Of a stretch of 64,000 bases of DNA, positions 42,016 to 52,269 are shown in pieces. Under the pieces are notes generated by a model. The model was not told the DNA's origin and ran no database searches. It saw only the letters and a program-made list of their open reading frames with translations. Each line of letters begins with the position of its first letter. Positions within the stretch are counted from its first letter, which is position 1. The translations under genes and the position numbers were made by a program. The stretch is taken from the NCBI GenBank assembly GCA_002503985.1, contig DASW01000001.1, positions 10,508 through 74,507 of the forward strand. The letters run 5' to 3'. The stretch is from Thermoplasmata archaeon UBA61. Its GTDB lineage: Archaea; Thermoplasmatota; Thermoplasmata; Lutacidiplasmatales; UBA184.

Positions 42016-43297
42016 GCTCAAAGAACTGGACGGCGCGGTCGTCCGGGTCGCCGGACACCTCGAGGACTACCGAGCCCTGGGGGGCGTAGCGTTCGCTCTC
42101 GTACGGGACGGCTCGGGGACGACCCAGGTCACGCTGAAGAAGGGAGTCACCGACCCCGCGCTCTTCGCGCTCTTCTCCGAGCTCCCCCGCGAATCGGTGG
42201 TCGCCGTCGAGGGAACGGTCCACCGGTCCGAGCGGGCGAACCGAGGGGTCGAGCTGATCCCCACGGCGGTCGAGGTCATCGTTCGGGCCGAAGTGCCTCT
42301 CCCGCTCGGGATCGTCGACAAGGTCGGCGCCGAGCTTGACACCCGCCTCAACCACCGCGTGCTCGATCTACGTAAGCCCGCGGTCCGCGCAGTGTTCGAG
42401 TTGCGCTCGAGCCTCCTAGCGGGGTTCCGCGACGCATTCATTCGCCGCGGCTTCCTCGAGGTCGAGACCCCGAAGCTCCTGCGCCAGGGTGCGGAGGGAG
42501 GTGCGACCCTCTTCGCGGTCGACTACTTCGACGGACGAGCCTACCTCGCCCAAAGCCCGCAGCTGTACAAGCAGATGCTGATCGGCGCCGGCCTCGAGCG
42601 GGTCTTCGAGATCGCGCCCGCGTTCCGGGCCGAGCCGTCCGACACGGTCCGCCACATCACCGAGTTCGCGAGCCTCGACGGGGAGATGGGGTTCATCGAC
42701 TCCGTGGAGGACGTCCGCAACGCCCTCGAGGGAATCGTGACCGACGCCTTCATCACGACGAAGAAGGACCTCGCCGGGCGGGGGAACGCGCTCGCGGAGC
42801 GCATCCCCGAACCGAAGACCCCTTTCCCGCGGATCCCGTTCGCGAAGTGCGTCGAGTGGCTCGGCCGCCCCGGCTCCGAGGAGGACCTCGGGACCGAGGA
42901 CGAGAAGGCGATCGGCGAGCACGTCGACCGAGAGTTCGGCGTCCCGCTCTATTTCATCACCGACTACCCGACCGCGATCAAGGCGGGGACGTTCTACGCC
43001 CAGCGGCAGGACACGAACCCGCGGCTCACGTACTACTTCGACCTCGACTTCCGCGGCCTGGAGATCGCGAGCGGCGGCGCCCGGGAGCACCGGCTCGACC
43101 GCTTGAAGGCGAACATCGAGAGCGCTGGGTTCGACCCCGAGAAGTTCTCGGGGTACCTCGAGGCGTTCCGGTTCGGGATGCCCCCCCACGGCGGTTGGGG
43201 GCTCGGTGTCGACCGGGTGGTGCAGGTCCTGGCGGGGCTCCCCAATATACGGGAGGCCCGCCTGTTCCCCCGCGACCGCTACCGCCTCGACCCGTAG
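41987..43297 (+). CDS. aspS: Aspartyl-tRNA synthetase, archaeal type; probable CTG start
   Basis: OB fold VRVAGHL..LGGVAFALVRDGSG..Q upstream of the ORF-track start; LAQSPQLYKQ, FRAE, GMPPHGG.GLG.DR, FPRD. Confidence 0.93.
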   Translation: MSPPRRLSRELKELDGAVVRVAGHLEDYRALGGVAFALVRDGSGTTQVTLKKGVTDPALFALFSELPRESVVAVEGTVHRSERANRGVELIPTAVEVIVRAEVPLPLGIVDKVGAELDTRLNHRVLDLRKPAVRAVFELRSSLLAGFRDAFIRRGFLEVETPKLLRQGAEGGATLFAVDYFDGRAYLAQSPQLYKQMLIGAGLERVFEIAPAFRAEPSDTVRHITEFASLDGEMGFIDSVEDVRNALEGIVTDAFITTKKDLAGRGNALAERIPEPKTPFPRIPFAKCVEWLGRPGSEEDLGTEDEKAIGEHVDREFGVPLYFITDYPTAIKAGTFYAQRQDTNPRLTYYFDLDFRGLEIASGGAREHRLDRLKANIESAGFDPEKFSGYLEAFRFGMPPHGGWGLGVDRVVQVLAGLPNIREARLFPRDRYRLDP

Positions 43298-43315
43298 CGG
43301 AGGTCCGTCCGATCG

Positions 43316-45433
43316 ATGGTCGCTGTCAAGAGGACCCTCCCCGCGCCGCCCGAGCTCCAGAGCCGCTGGGGCGCCGTGCTCGAGGAGGCCGGTTTCCGGC
43401 CCCGGATCCTCCACCTCCACGACCGTTTCCCCGAGGAGCGGTCGCTCGAGTTCCCGTTCGCGGCCTTGGACGGCGCCGACACTCCCCTCGCCGACCTCCT
43501 GCTCGAGCGACCCGAGGAGGTCATCGACGCGGGCATCCGCGCGATGAAGGAGCTCCTGCCGGTCGCGGGACCGGAGGCCGAAGGCCTCCGGCTACGGATC
43601 ATCGGGCTCCCCCTCACCGCGCACCGCACCATCCGCGCGATCCGGGAGTCCGACCTGAACCGGTTCGTCGCGCTCGACGGGATCGTTCGCCGGGTCTCCG
43701 AGGTGCGGCCCCAGATCCGGGACGCGGTCTTCGAGTGCGTGGCCTGCCGGACGAAGTTCCACGAACCGCAGGACGAGACCTCTCTCGTCTTCCGAGAGCC
43801 GCTCGAGTGCCCCGAGTCTCAGGGCGGCTGCGGGAAGACGCAGGGCCGAACCCGGTTCCGCCTGGTCGCCGAGGAGTCGACCTACGTGGATGCCCAGCGC
43901 ATCGAGATCCAGGAGCACCCCGAGACGCTTCGGCACGGGGCCCACCCGCAGGGACTCTCCGTGCTGCTCATGGAGGACCTGACGGGAAAGGTGCTGCCGG
44001 GGAACCGGATCGTCCTCAACGGGGTCCTGAAGAGCTTCCAGCGGGCGACCGCTTCGCGGAGCGGCGTTGTGCGCAACACGACGTTCGACCTGATGGTCCT
44101 CGGGAACTCCTTCGAATCGAAGACCCGCGAGTACGAGGAGATCGACCTGACTCCGGAGGACATCCGGCTCATCGAGCAGTTCCGTGGCGACCCGACGGTC
44201 GTCGACAAGATCGTCCTCTCGCTCGCGCCGACCATCAAGGGGATGGAGGAGGAGAAGGAGGCGATCTCGCTCCAGCTCTTCGGCGGGGTCGAGAAGCGTC
44301 ATGCGGACGGCATCCGGGTGCGCGGCGACATCCACGTCCTTCTGGTCGGTGACCCCGGTACCGCGAAGAGCCAGCTTCTCCGCTACATCGCGGACGTCGC
44401 CCCCCGGGGGATCTACACTTCCGGCAAGGGAGCGACCGCCGCAGGTCTCACGGCCGCGGCCGTGAAGGACGACTTCGCGGGGGGCCGCTGGGTGCTCGAG
44501 GCGGGCATGCTCGTGCTCGCCGACGGAGGGATGGCGATCATCGACGAGCTCGACAAGATGAGCGCCGAGGACCGCTCGGCGATGCACGAGACGCTCGAGC
44601 AGGGCACCGTGTCGATCGCCAAGGCCGGGATCACCTCGACCCTCAACGCTCGCTGCCCCGTCCTCGCCGCGGCGAACCCGAAATGGGGCCGGTTCACGAA
44701 CGACCGGACGATCGCCGAACAGCTGGACCTCCCGCCCACGCTCCTCTCCCGGTTCGACGTCATCTTCTCGATCCGGGACATCCCGAACCAGGAACGGGAC
44801 CGGTCCCTCTCGCACAAGATCCTCGCCTCGCATCGCGAGGTCGAGCACCCCGGCGAGTACGCCGAGTTCGCGGGACCCGGCGGCTCGCCGTTCCCCCCCG
44901 ACCTCCTCAAGAAGTACATCGCGTTCGCCCGCCGCACGGTCCGCCCGACGCTGAGCCAGGCCGCGCTCGACGCGATCGAGAACTACTACGTCCAGGTCCG
45001 TCGGCAGGGCGAGGAGCCGAACGCCCCCGTCCCGATCACGGCGCGGCAGCTCGAGGCGCTCGTCCGTCTGAGCGAGGCCGCGGCCCGGGCACGCCTCTCG
45101 AGCGAGGTGGGCATCGAGGACGCCGAACGGGCGATCCACGTCATGCAGAGCTTCCTCAAGCGCGTCTCGATGACCGAGGAAGGGAAGCTCGACATCGACC
45201 TCACCCAGACGGGCGTCAGCCACAGCCAGCGCGAGCGCATGGACATCGCGATGCGGGTCATGCGCGACCTCCAGGAGCAGGCGAACGGGACGTTCACGAT
45301 CGAGCAGTACCACGAAGCGGCCGAGAAGGCCCGCATCTCGATCGCGCACGCGGACTCGATCCTCCAGACGATGCGCAACCAGGGCGAGATCATCGAGCCC
45401 CGCCCGAACCAGTACCAGCTCGTCCGCTTCTGA
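43316..45433 (+). CDS. mcm: MCM replicative helicase
   Basis: Zn finger, GDPGTAKSQ, IDELDKM, AAANP, LLSRFD, ITARQLE. Confidence 0.96.
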   Translation: MVAVKRTLPAPPELQSRWGAVLEEAGFRPRILHLHDRFPEERSLEFPFAALDGADTPLADLLLERPEEVIDAGIRAMKELLPVAGPEAEGLRLRIIGLPLTAHRTIRAIRESDLNRFVALDGIVRRVSEVRPQIRDAVFECVACRTKFHEPQDETSLVFREPLECPESQGGCGKTQGRTRFRLVAEESTYVDAQRIEIQEHPETLRHGAHPQGLSVLLMEDLTGKVLPGNRIVLNGVLKSFQRATASRSGVVRNTTFDLMVLGNSFESKTREYEEIDLTPEDIRLIEQFRGDPTVVDKIVLSLAPTIKGMEEEKEAISLQLFGGVEKRHADGIRVRGDIHVLLVGDPGTAKSQLLRYIADVAPRGIYTSGKGATAAGLTAAAVKDDFAGGRWVLEAGMLVLADGGMAIIDELDKMSAEDRSAMHETLEQGTVSIAKAGITSTLNARCPVLAAANPKWGRFTNDRTIAEQLDLPPTLLSRFDVIFSIRDIPNQERDRSLSHKILASHREVEHPGEYAEFAGPGGSPFPPDLLKKYIAFARRTVRPTLSQAALDAIENYYVQVRRQGEEPNAPVPITARQLEALVRLSEAAARARLSSEVGIEDAERAIHVMQSFLKRVSMTEEGKLDIDLTQTGVSHSQRERMDIAMRVMRDLQEQANGTFTIEQYHEAAEKARISIAHADSILQTMRNQGEIIEPRPNQYQLVRF

Positions 45434-45500
45434 CGGGCGCGAGCCGGCCCCCTCTTTATTTCCCCTCGGTCCTGCGGGTTCGAGCACCGGAGGCCAATCC

Positions 45501-45815
45501 ATGGACGACGGGGTGGTGATGCGGGTCCATCGGGTCCGCTCCGAGTTCGTGGTCGCCGCGTGCGACGCGGACCTCCTCGGCCGGGACCTCCCGGTCGGCG
45601 ACAAGGGCCGCACGGTCAAGGTCTCGGCCCAGTTCTACGGGGAGCGGCGGGTCTCCCGAGAGGAGCTGCTCTGGGCCCTTCAGCGCGCCACGATCGCGAA
45701 CCTGCTCGGCGAGCGGGTGATGAAGCTCGCCGCGGAGGGGGGCTTCGTCTCCGCTGACGGGGTCGGAACGCTCGGCGGGGTCCCGCACGCCGAGATCATC
45801 GCGATGAGCGGGTAG
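45501..45815 (+). CDS. DUF424 family protein
   Basis: VAACDADLLG, FYG, ANLLG, GVPHA. Confidence 0.88.
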   Translation: MDDGVVMRVHRVRSEFVVAACDADLLGRDLPVGDKGRTVKVSAQFYGERRVSREELLWALQRATIANLLGERVMKLAAEGGFVSADGVGTLGGVPHAEIIAMSG

Positions 45816-45887
45816 GGCGGTTCTCGGAACCGCACCGCGAACCTTACGAGGGCGGGTGGCCATTCTTCCTCTCCACGGAAATCGGCG

Positions 45888-46676
45888 ATGAGCGAAGGGG
45901 AGTTCTGCGTGGTCTGCGGCGCGACCGGCCGGTCGCTCGTCGACGGCGTGTGCGCCGAGTGCGCCGCCGACCGGACCCCCCTCCTCTCCGCCCCGAAGCG
46001 GGCCGAGGTGACCGTCTGTCCTACCTGCGGGGCCCGAAGGCGAGGCGCTCACTGGGAGCGGGCAGGGTCGAGCCCGGTCCTGACCGCGGAGGACCTCGCC
46101 CCGTTCCTTCAGATTCCCGACGAGGTGGCGGTCCGCCGGGTGCAATGGGAGGAGACGATGGCCACAGCGACCGTCCGCGAGCTCGTCGGCCGCGCGCGCG
46201 TGCGCTTCCGTGGCATCGAGCGGGATGTCGAGGTACCGCTCTCGGTGCGGACCATCCGCATGACGTGCCCCGAGTGCAGCCGAAAGAGCGGGAAGTACTA
46301 CACCGCGACCATCCAGATGCGAGGGCCGGCGGACGGACCGAGCGAGAAACCGATCGCGCTACGCGCCCGGCTCGAGGAGGAGTGGACCCGCCTGGTCCGG
46401 GAGATGCGTCCGGATTGGCGCAACGCGGTCGCCTGGCGCGAGGAGCTCCCCGAGGGCTGGAACTGCTTCTTCACCGACACGCTCGCGGCCCGGGCGGTGG
46501 CCAAGCTCGCCAAACAGCGCTTCGGCGCGTCCCTGAAGGAGTCCTCGAGCCTGGTCGGCCGCAAGAACGGCCAGGACCTCTACCGGGTCACCTTCTGTCT
46601 TCGGTTCGCGCGCCGCCCCTCCGACCCATCGAGCAAAGGCCCCACGACGGGCGTCGGCGGCGTAGTCGAACAATAG
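45888..46676 (+). CDS. NMD3 family protein
   Basis: FCVVCG..CAEC..CPTCG..CPECSR..YYTATIQMRG, LYRVT. Confidence 0.88.
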   Translation: MSEGEFCVVCGATGRSLVDGVCAECAADRTPLLSAPKRAEVTVCPTCGARRRGAHWERAGSSPVLTAEDLAPFLQIPDEVAVRRVQWEETMATATVRELVGRARVRFRGIERDVEVPLSVRTIRMTCPECSRKSGKYYTATIQMRGPADGPSEKPIALRARLEEEWTRLVREMRPDWRNAVAWREELPEGWNCFFTDTLAARAVAKLAKQRFGASLKESSSLVGRKNGQDLYRVTFCLRFARRPSDPSSKGPTTGVGGVVEQ

Positions 46677-46728
46677 CCTTAAGAAGCAACCTCTCCGTCG
46701 AGGCTCCCGGTAGCGGGGGCACTTCTCC

Positions 46729-47106
46729 ATGAGCAAAAGCGGCATTCTCCGGCGACACCACGGGTCCGATACACTGGAAGAAGGGACGTTCCTTGACCTC
46801 GGCGCGATGAGCTTCGAGGACGAGGCCGGCGCGCTCGCCGGTCAGAAGGGGACCGTTCGGCTGGCGGAGATCATCCGCTTCGAGGACCTGCACGGGATCT
46901 CGAAGCTCGCCTACCAGGGCGACATCATTCTGCTCGACTATACGTCCATCTCGAACGACCAGATGGCCGTGAAGAGAATGAGCATCGACCTCAAGAACAT
47001 CGCGAAGGATACGGGTGGCGATGTCGCTGGGATCGCAAAGAACCTGCTCGCCATCACGCCTGCCGGAATTCGCATCGACCGACAGAAGATTCGACCCTCG
47101 TTCTAG
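46729..47106 (+). CDS. sepF: Cell division protein SepF (archaeal)
   Basis: GDIILLD, GGDVAGI, LAITP.GI.IDR.K. Confidence 0.85.
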   Translation: MSKSGILRRHHGSDTLEEGTFLDLGAMSFEDEAGALAGQKGTVRLAEIIRFEDLHGISKLAYQGDIILLDYTSISNDQMAVKRMSIDLKNIAKDTGGDVAGIAKNLLAITPAGIRIDRQKIRPSF

Positions 47107-47127
47107 GCACGGGCCGACCGAGGGACC

Positions 47128-48660
47128 ATGAAGGTCCAGGTCGACCGCCGCGACGGCCTCACGGCCGCGGCGGACATCACGGCGAGCGGCGTCTTCGAGC
47201 GCCCCGAGAAGGACGACACGTTCCCCCGGACACTCCAGAAGGAGGACGAGGCGACCCGCGGGCTCATCAAGGCCGCTTGGGCTCGAAAGGAGGTCAAGGG
47301 GAAGCGGAAGGAGCTCACCGTCTTCCACCGACCGGACGGCAAGGGCCGCATCGCGCTCATCGGCCTCGGCCCGCACGCGAAGTACACCCCCGACGTCGTT
47401 CGGCGCGCGGCGGCCGAGGTCGTTCGGGGCTTCAAGGGGAAAGGGGCCCGGACGGTCGCTTTCCGCTTGGGCTCGTTCGTGGTCGACAACGTCCGCAGCG
47501 AGGCGGCGGTCGCCGCCCTCACGGACGGAGCCATCCTGGGCAACTACGAGTTCCAGAAGTATAAGTCGACGAGCGAGGGCGGCGTCGAGGACGCCAGCAT
47601 CCACCTCGGTGAGGAGTTCTCGCGGGACGAGGCGGCCCTCAAGAAGATCGTGAACGACCAGGCGACAATCGACGACGTGGTCGTCTGGACCCGGGACATC
47701 GCGAACCTGCCGGCCGACACGGCCTCCCCGGAGCGCCTCGCAGAAGAGGCGGTCGCGCTCGGCAAGGAGTTCGGGCTCAAGGTCAGCGTCTTCGACGAGA
47801 AGAAGCTCGCCGAGATGGGATGCGGGGGGATCCTCGCGGTCGGCAGCGGCTCGTCCGGCCACCCACCGCGCATGGTCGTCCTCGAGTACCCCGGTGGGGC
47901 CCGTCGCGGACGGACGGTCGCCGTGGTCGGCAAGGGGATCACGTTCGACTCGGGCGGGATCTCGATCAAGCCCGCGATGAGCATGCAGGAGATGAAGTTC
48001 GACAAGTCGGGGGCGGTCGCCGTCCTCGGCATCCTGCGCGCGGCGGCGACGCTGAAGGTCCCACCCCGCGTGATCGGGGTCATGTGCTGCGCGGAGAACG
48101 TCCCGAGCGGGACCTCCTACCGGCCGGGCGACGTGGTCCGCTCGTTCAACGGAAAGACGATCGAGGTCATCAACACCGACGCCGAGGGCCGTGTCGTCCT
48201 ATCGGACGGGCTCGGGTACGTCGTCAAGCAGTACCGCCCCGACGAGGTGATTGACCTCGCGACGCTGACCGGGGCCCAGGTGGTCTCGCTCGGCGACGAC
48301 ACCGCCGGGCTCGTCTCCAACGACGAGAAGCTGGCCCAAGGGCTCCTCCTCGCCTCGGCGGCGACGGGCGAGCCGGTCTGGCATATGCCGCTCACCGACT
48401 ACCACCGGGAGCTCGTGAAGAGCGAGATCGCGGACGTCCGCAACTCGACCGAGATCGCGGTCGCCGGGATGCTGACCGCCGCCGCGTTCCTCGAGACGTT
48501 CGTGGGCACGACCCCGTGGGCGCACCTCGACATCGCCGGACCGGCCTACACCACGGCCAAGACCCGCAAGTACCAGCCGGCGTACCAGAACATCGGCGCA
48601 ACCGCGTTCGGGGTCCGACTCGTGACCCGGTACCTGGAGACCGCGCCTCCGCGAGGCTGA
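47128..48660 (+). CDS. pepA: Leucyl aminopeptidase (M17)
   Basis: VGKGITFDSGG, MKFD, NTDAEGR, DLATLTG, WAHLDIAG. Confidence 0.96.
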   Translation: MKVQVDRRDGLTAAADITASGVFERPEKDDTFPRTLQKEDEATRGLIKAAWARKEVKGKRKELTVFHRPDGKGRIALIGLGPHAKYTPDVVRRAAAEVVRGFKGKGARTVAFRLGSFVVDNVRSEAAVAALTDGAILGNYEFQKYKSTSEGGVEDASIHLGEEFSRDEAALKKIVNDQATIDDVVVWTRDIANLPADTASPERLAEEAVALGKEFGLKVSVFDEKKLAEMGCGGILAVGSGSSGHPPRMVVLEYPGGARRGRTVAVVGKGITFDSGGISIKPAMSMQEMKFDKSGAVAVLGILRAAATLKVPPRVIGVMCCAENVPSGTSYRPGDVVRSFNGKTIEVINTDAEGRVVLSDGLGYVVKQYRPDEVIDLATLTGAQVVSLGDDTAGLVSNDEKLAQGLLLASAATGEPVWHMPLTDYHRELVKSEIADVRNSTEIAVAGMLTAAAFLETFVGTTPWAHLDIAGPAYTTAKTRKYQPAYQNIGATAFGVRLVTRYLETAPPRG

Positions 48661-48737
48661 ACCATCCTGTTGGGACGCGGTCCTCCCGACGGGGGAAGGG
48701 AGCGACGGGCGGAAGTAACGTCGATTCCTACCCGAGC

Positions 48738-48938
48738 ATGGCACGCCGCGACTGGAGACCGGTGATTTGGTCCGCGTGCCTCGCGGCGGCGGTCACGCTC
48801 GCCGTTGGGATCACTGTATGGGTGTACGTCACTGGAAAGGTCACGGGTTGGGTCTTCCAGTTTGCCAACGGCGCGATCTTCGTGTGCATTCTCTGGGCCG
48901 TGAGTTGCGTGGCGGTCTTGCGAAGCCTCCGAGGCTGA
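48738..48938 (+). CDS. Small hypothetical membrane protein (2 TM)
   Basis: MARRDWRP followed by two hydrophobic helices. Confidence 0.6.
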   Translation: MARRDWRPVIWSACLAAAVTLAVGITVWVYVTGKVTGWVFQFANGAIFVCILWAVSCVAVLRSLRG

Positions 48939-48979
48939 TTCCTGATCCCGGCACTCAGAACCAGGTCCAAACGGGCCCG

Positions 48980-50440
48980 TCAGGCCGCGACGATCTGAAC
49001 GCTTTCCCCGCCGTGGCGGGTAGAACGGGGACGGACCTCGCAAAAGAGCGGCGTGTGGTAGCCGCCGCCGGTGATGAGGGCGACCCCGACGGGCAGCGAC
49101 TGGATCATCTCGGTCATCCCGTTCGTGAGCCCTTCGATCGACTGGGTGATCGCCTTCAGGTCTAGGGGGTTCGTGACCTGAAGGATCAGCTGGGTGTTGC
49201 ACTGCGAGAGGACGTTCTTGTCGATGCGGGCCGCGCGCTGGGTGACGACGCACAGGCCGAGGCCGAACTTCCGCCCTTCGCTCGCGATGTTCTTCAGGAT
49301 CCGCGAGCTCGTCACCTGACCCTGCTGGGGGGCGAAGTTGTGCGCCTCCTCGATGACGAGGAAGAGCGGCGGGATCTTCCCCCGTTTGCGGTTGTCGAAG
49401 AGGGTCGAGGCGATCCGAGCGACCACGAGCTCCGCGACGTCGGGCGCCACCCCGCGCAGGTTGATGAGGGTCGCATCGCCCTCCTTCACGAGCTCGTTCA
49501 GGCTCGTTCCCTGAGGGCCGAGGAGCTTCGTCTGCTCGACGTACTCGAGCCGCTCGTGGAGCGTCTCCGCGACGGCTCCCTCGCCCGCCTCGGCCGCGCG
49601 GACGAGGTCATGGACGGTGAAGTCGGGCGTGCTGATGCTGACGCGCTCGATGATCTGTTTGAGGGGAGGGAGGAACGTCTTCACGTTCGTCAGCCCCATG
49701 AAGACGAGGAGCTCGCGCGGGTCGAGGTGGCGGAGCGAGAAGGTGAGCGGCTTCGCTCCCGGGTTGAGCGTCGCGTCGGGGGAGAACTCCCGGACCTGCT
49801 TGGCGAACCCCTGGGCGGAGACGCCGAAGCGCGCATGCCCGCCGTTCGGCTCCGAGGAGAAGCGCAGGGAGCCGTACTCCCCGTGCGGGTCGATGACGAC
49901 GCACGTCACCTTGTGCCGGAGCAGCTCCTCGATGAGGACGCCCAAGAGGTAGCTCTTCCCGCCGCCCGTCTTGGCGAGCACGCTCACGTGCCGCTGGACG
50001 AGCTGGTTGATGTCGAGCTCGACGTGGATCGCGTGGTTCCGCAGCAGTCCCACGTACGCGCCGGAGTTCGGCCGGTGCTTCAGGCCGAGGACCTCGGCGA
50101 TGAGCGGTTCATCGGCCCGGAAGACGTGGGCCCCCGGTCGGAACGGGATGGTGGGGATCTTCACGACCCCCCGTGCGTCCCGATAGCCGATGATTCGGAC
50201 CAGGCCGAGCAGGTTCTCGTGGATCGGCGCCTCTTCCGTCGGCTTGAGCGCTCCGGCCGCCTCGAGCCCGAGGTCGCTTTTGCGCTTCAGGTCGTCCAGC
50301 TGGCAGAGGACCTTCCCGTGGAGCTCGTCGTCGACCGCCAGGTAATCGCCCCGTTCGACGGGCTGGGAAAGGCTGAGGTGGAACTGACCCAGCCCTACGT
50401 CGCCGTAGATGCGGCCGACCTCGTCCACGGCCCGAATCAT
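48980..50440 (-). CDS. HerA/DUF87-family ATPase
   Basis: HAS-barrel-like N-terminus, RHVSVLAKTGGGKS, IDPHGEY, IEEAH, EGRKFG, TQR. Confidence 0.92.
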   Translation of the reverse strand: MIRAVDEVGRIYGDVGLGQFHLSLSQPVERGDYLAVDDELHGKVLCQLDDLKRKSDLGLEAAGALKPTEEAPIHENLLGLVRIIGYRDARGVVKIPTIPFRPGAHVFRADEPLIAEVLGLKHRPNSGAYVGLLRNHAIHVELDINQLVQRHVSVLAKTGGGKSYLLGVLIEELLRHKVTCVVIDPHGEYGSLRFSSEPNGGHARFGVSAQGFAKQVREFSPDATLNPGAKPLTFSLRHLDPRELLVFMGLTNVKTFLPPLKQIIERVSISTPDFTVHDLVRAAEAGEGAVAETLHERLEYVEQTKLLGPQGTSLNELVKEGDATLINLRGVAPDVAELVVARIASTLFDNRKRGKIPPLFLVIEEAHNFAPQQGQVTSSRILKNIASEGRKFGLGLCVVTQRAARIDKNVLSQCNTQLILQVTNPLDLKAITQSIEGLTNGMTEMIQSLPVGVALITGGGYHTPLFCEVRPRSTRHGGESVQIVAA

Positions 50441-50565
50441 CGAGAGTCGCGGTTATTAGACTGACGCGGCAGGAGAAAGCACGGTCGGCGTGCCGCGGAA
50501 GCCTTTATATCGCGCACTTCTGTCGAAACTTTCCCCGACCCAGGACGTGCTCCTACGGCGGAACG

Positions 50566-51435
50566 GTGGCCTTGAGCGACGCGATCGAAGAACTTGAACG
50601 GAAGCGGGCTGAATCTAACGCGAAAGCCGATGAGTCGCGCGCGAAGCGTGACCGGCTGAACGCGGAAGCCCGAACGACGGCGGAGACCCGGTCCCGCATC
50701 CTGGACGAGCTCCACGACAAGAGCGCCGAGGCCCAGGACCATCGGCGGCTCCGCGACACCTTCAACACGCAGGTCCGCGAGGAAAAGCGGCTGCGCGAAG
50801 AGTGGAACCACAAGTTCCAGGAGCTGGGGGACAAGGTCCAGGAGCTGAAGCGGACCCGTCAGCCGAGGGCCGGGGCCGTGCCCGTCTGGCGGCTCCGCAA
50901 GGAGCTCAAGGAGCTCGAGTTCCGGCACATGACCACGGCGCTCACCGGTGAGCAGGAGAAGCGGCTCATCGAGGAGATGAAGCGCCTCGAGGCCTCGATC
51001 CGGGAGCAGGACGAACAGCTCCGCCAGGACCCCGAGGTCGAGCAAACCCTGAAGGAGTTCACCGAAGCGCGAACGGAGGCCGAGACCCACCACGCCGCGG
51101 TGGGGAAGTTCGCCGAGGACGCCCAGCGCGAGCACGAGGCGATGGTCGTGCTGTACGAGTCCGTGGACGCGCTCCGCCGCCAGGCGGACGAGGTCCAGAC
51201 CCACCTCCTCGAGGTGAAGGCCCAGGCGGACGAGGCGCACCGCGCCCACATCGCCGCGATCGAAGAGGTCCGGGACATCGAGAAGATGCTCTACGCGGCC
51301 CGCGGCGGTCGCGCTCCGCAGACGTGGGGCGAGGCCGAGCCGCCGAAGGAAGAGGATTTCCTCGCCCGACTGAAGAAGGGCGAGAAGGTATCGACCGAGG
51401 ACCTGCTCGAGCTCCAGAAGAGCGGGCGCCCGTAG
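50566..51435 (+). CDS. Archaeal coiled-coil protein (COG1340-like)
   Basis: All-helical E/K/R-rich, LEFRHMTTALT..EKRLI, C-terminal GEKVSTEDLL.LQ. Confidence 0.85.
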   Translation: MALSDAIEELERKRAESNAKADESRAKRDRLNAEARTTAETRSRILDELHDKSAEAQDHRRLRDTFNTQVREEKRLREEWNHKFQELGDKVQELKRTRQPRAGAVPVWRLRKELKELEFRHMTTALTGEQEKRLIEEMKRLEASIREQDEQLRQDPEVEQTLKEFTEARTEAETHHAAVGKFAEDAQREHEAMVVLYESVDALRRQADEVQTHLLEVKAQADEAHRAHIAAIEEVRDIEKMLYAARGGRAPQTWGEAEPPKEEDFLARLKKGEKVSTEDLLELQKSGRP

Positions 51436-51448
51436 TGTCGCACCGACC

Positions 51449-52204
51449 GTGACGCTCTCCTACGGTCCTCACGAGGTCGACGCCGTACTGTTCGACCTCG
51501 ACGACGTGCTCGTCCCGTTCCAAACGCCGGCCGCCTGGCAGTGGGCCTGGCGTCCCCAAGGCCCCGTGCTGGGCGACCGTCGGGTGAAGGCCGCGGTCCG
51601 TCGGTCCCTCAAGAGCTGGGACCGCCGTCGCTGGCAGGGCCTCACCGGAAAGGCCCCGCCCGCCGACGCGGAGGCCCTCCGGGAGCATCTCGCGAACGCG
51701 CTCGCGACCGTCGCGGGACACCCTCTCCCCCTCCCCGAGACCGAGGCGGTCGTGCGCCGCTTCTTGCGTCCCGCGGGCGAGGTCGAGCGGTACGAGGACG
51801 TTCCGCGCGCCCTCGACCGTCTGCGGGCGCGTGGCATCAAGTTCGGGGCGGTGACCCCCCTCCCCGCGGAATCCGCCCGCTGGCTCCTCCACCGGTGCGG
51901 CCTTCCCGAGACCCTCTTGCTCGGCTCGGGGGACGGCCCGGGACCCTGCGTCCCGGACCGGTCCGCGTTCCGGGCCGCGGCCGAGGCGCTGGGCGTGCCT
52001 CACGAGCGGGTCGCGTACGTCGGCGACCTCTTCTGGAGCGATGTACGGGCCGCGGCGCGCGCCGGTCTACCGTCCGTGCTGCTCGACCGCCGGGACGCGT
52101 GGCCGAAGGTGCTGACCGGGCGGCTGACCACCCTGGCCGTGCTCGAGTCCACGCTCGCGGCCGGGGGCTCCCCGACCGAGGCCGAAGGGACCGAAGGGGA
52201 GTGA
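51449..52204 (+). CDS. HAD-family hydrolase
   Basis: LFDLDD motif I, YVGD..SDV motif IV. Confidence 0.85.
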   Translation: MTLSYGPHEVDAVLFDLDDVLVPFQTPAAWQWAWRPQGPVLGDRRVKAAVRRSLKSWDRRRWQGLTGKAPPADAEALREHLANALATVAGHPLPLPETEAVVRRFLRPAGEVERYEDVPRALDRLRARGIKFGAVTPLPAESARWLLHRCGLPETLLLGSGDGPGPCVPDRSAFRAAAEALGVPHERVAYVGDLFWSDVRAAARAGLPSVLLDRRDAWPKVLTGRLTTLAVLESTLAAGGSPTEAEGTEGE

Positions 52205-52269
52205 CGGGCCGACCCACCGCCGCTCGACTGATAACATATATACAGACCACGTTGGTGCGACCCGTGTCC

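Noticed and set aside
43592-45619. 675-aa antisense ORF over MCM, and many similar shadow ORFs
   Set aside because: Expected from high GC3 codon bias; no protein motifs.
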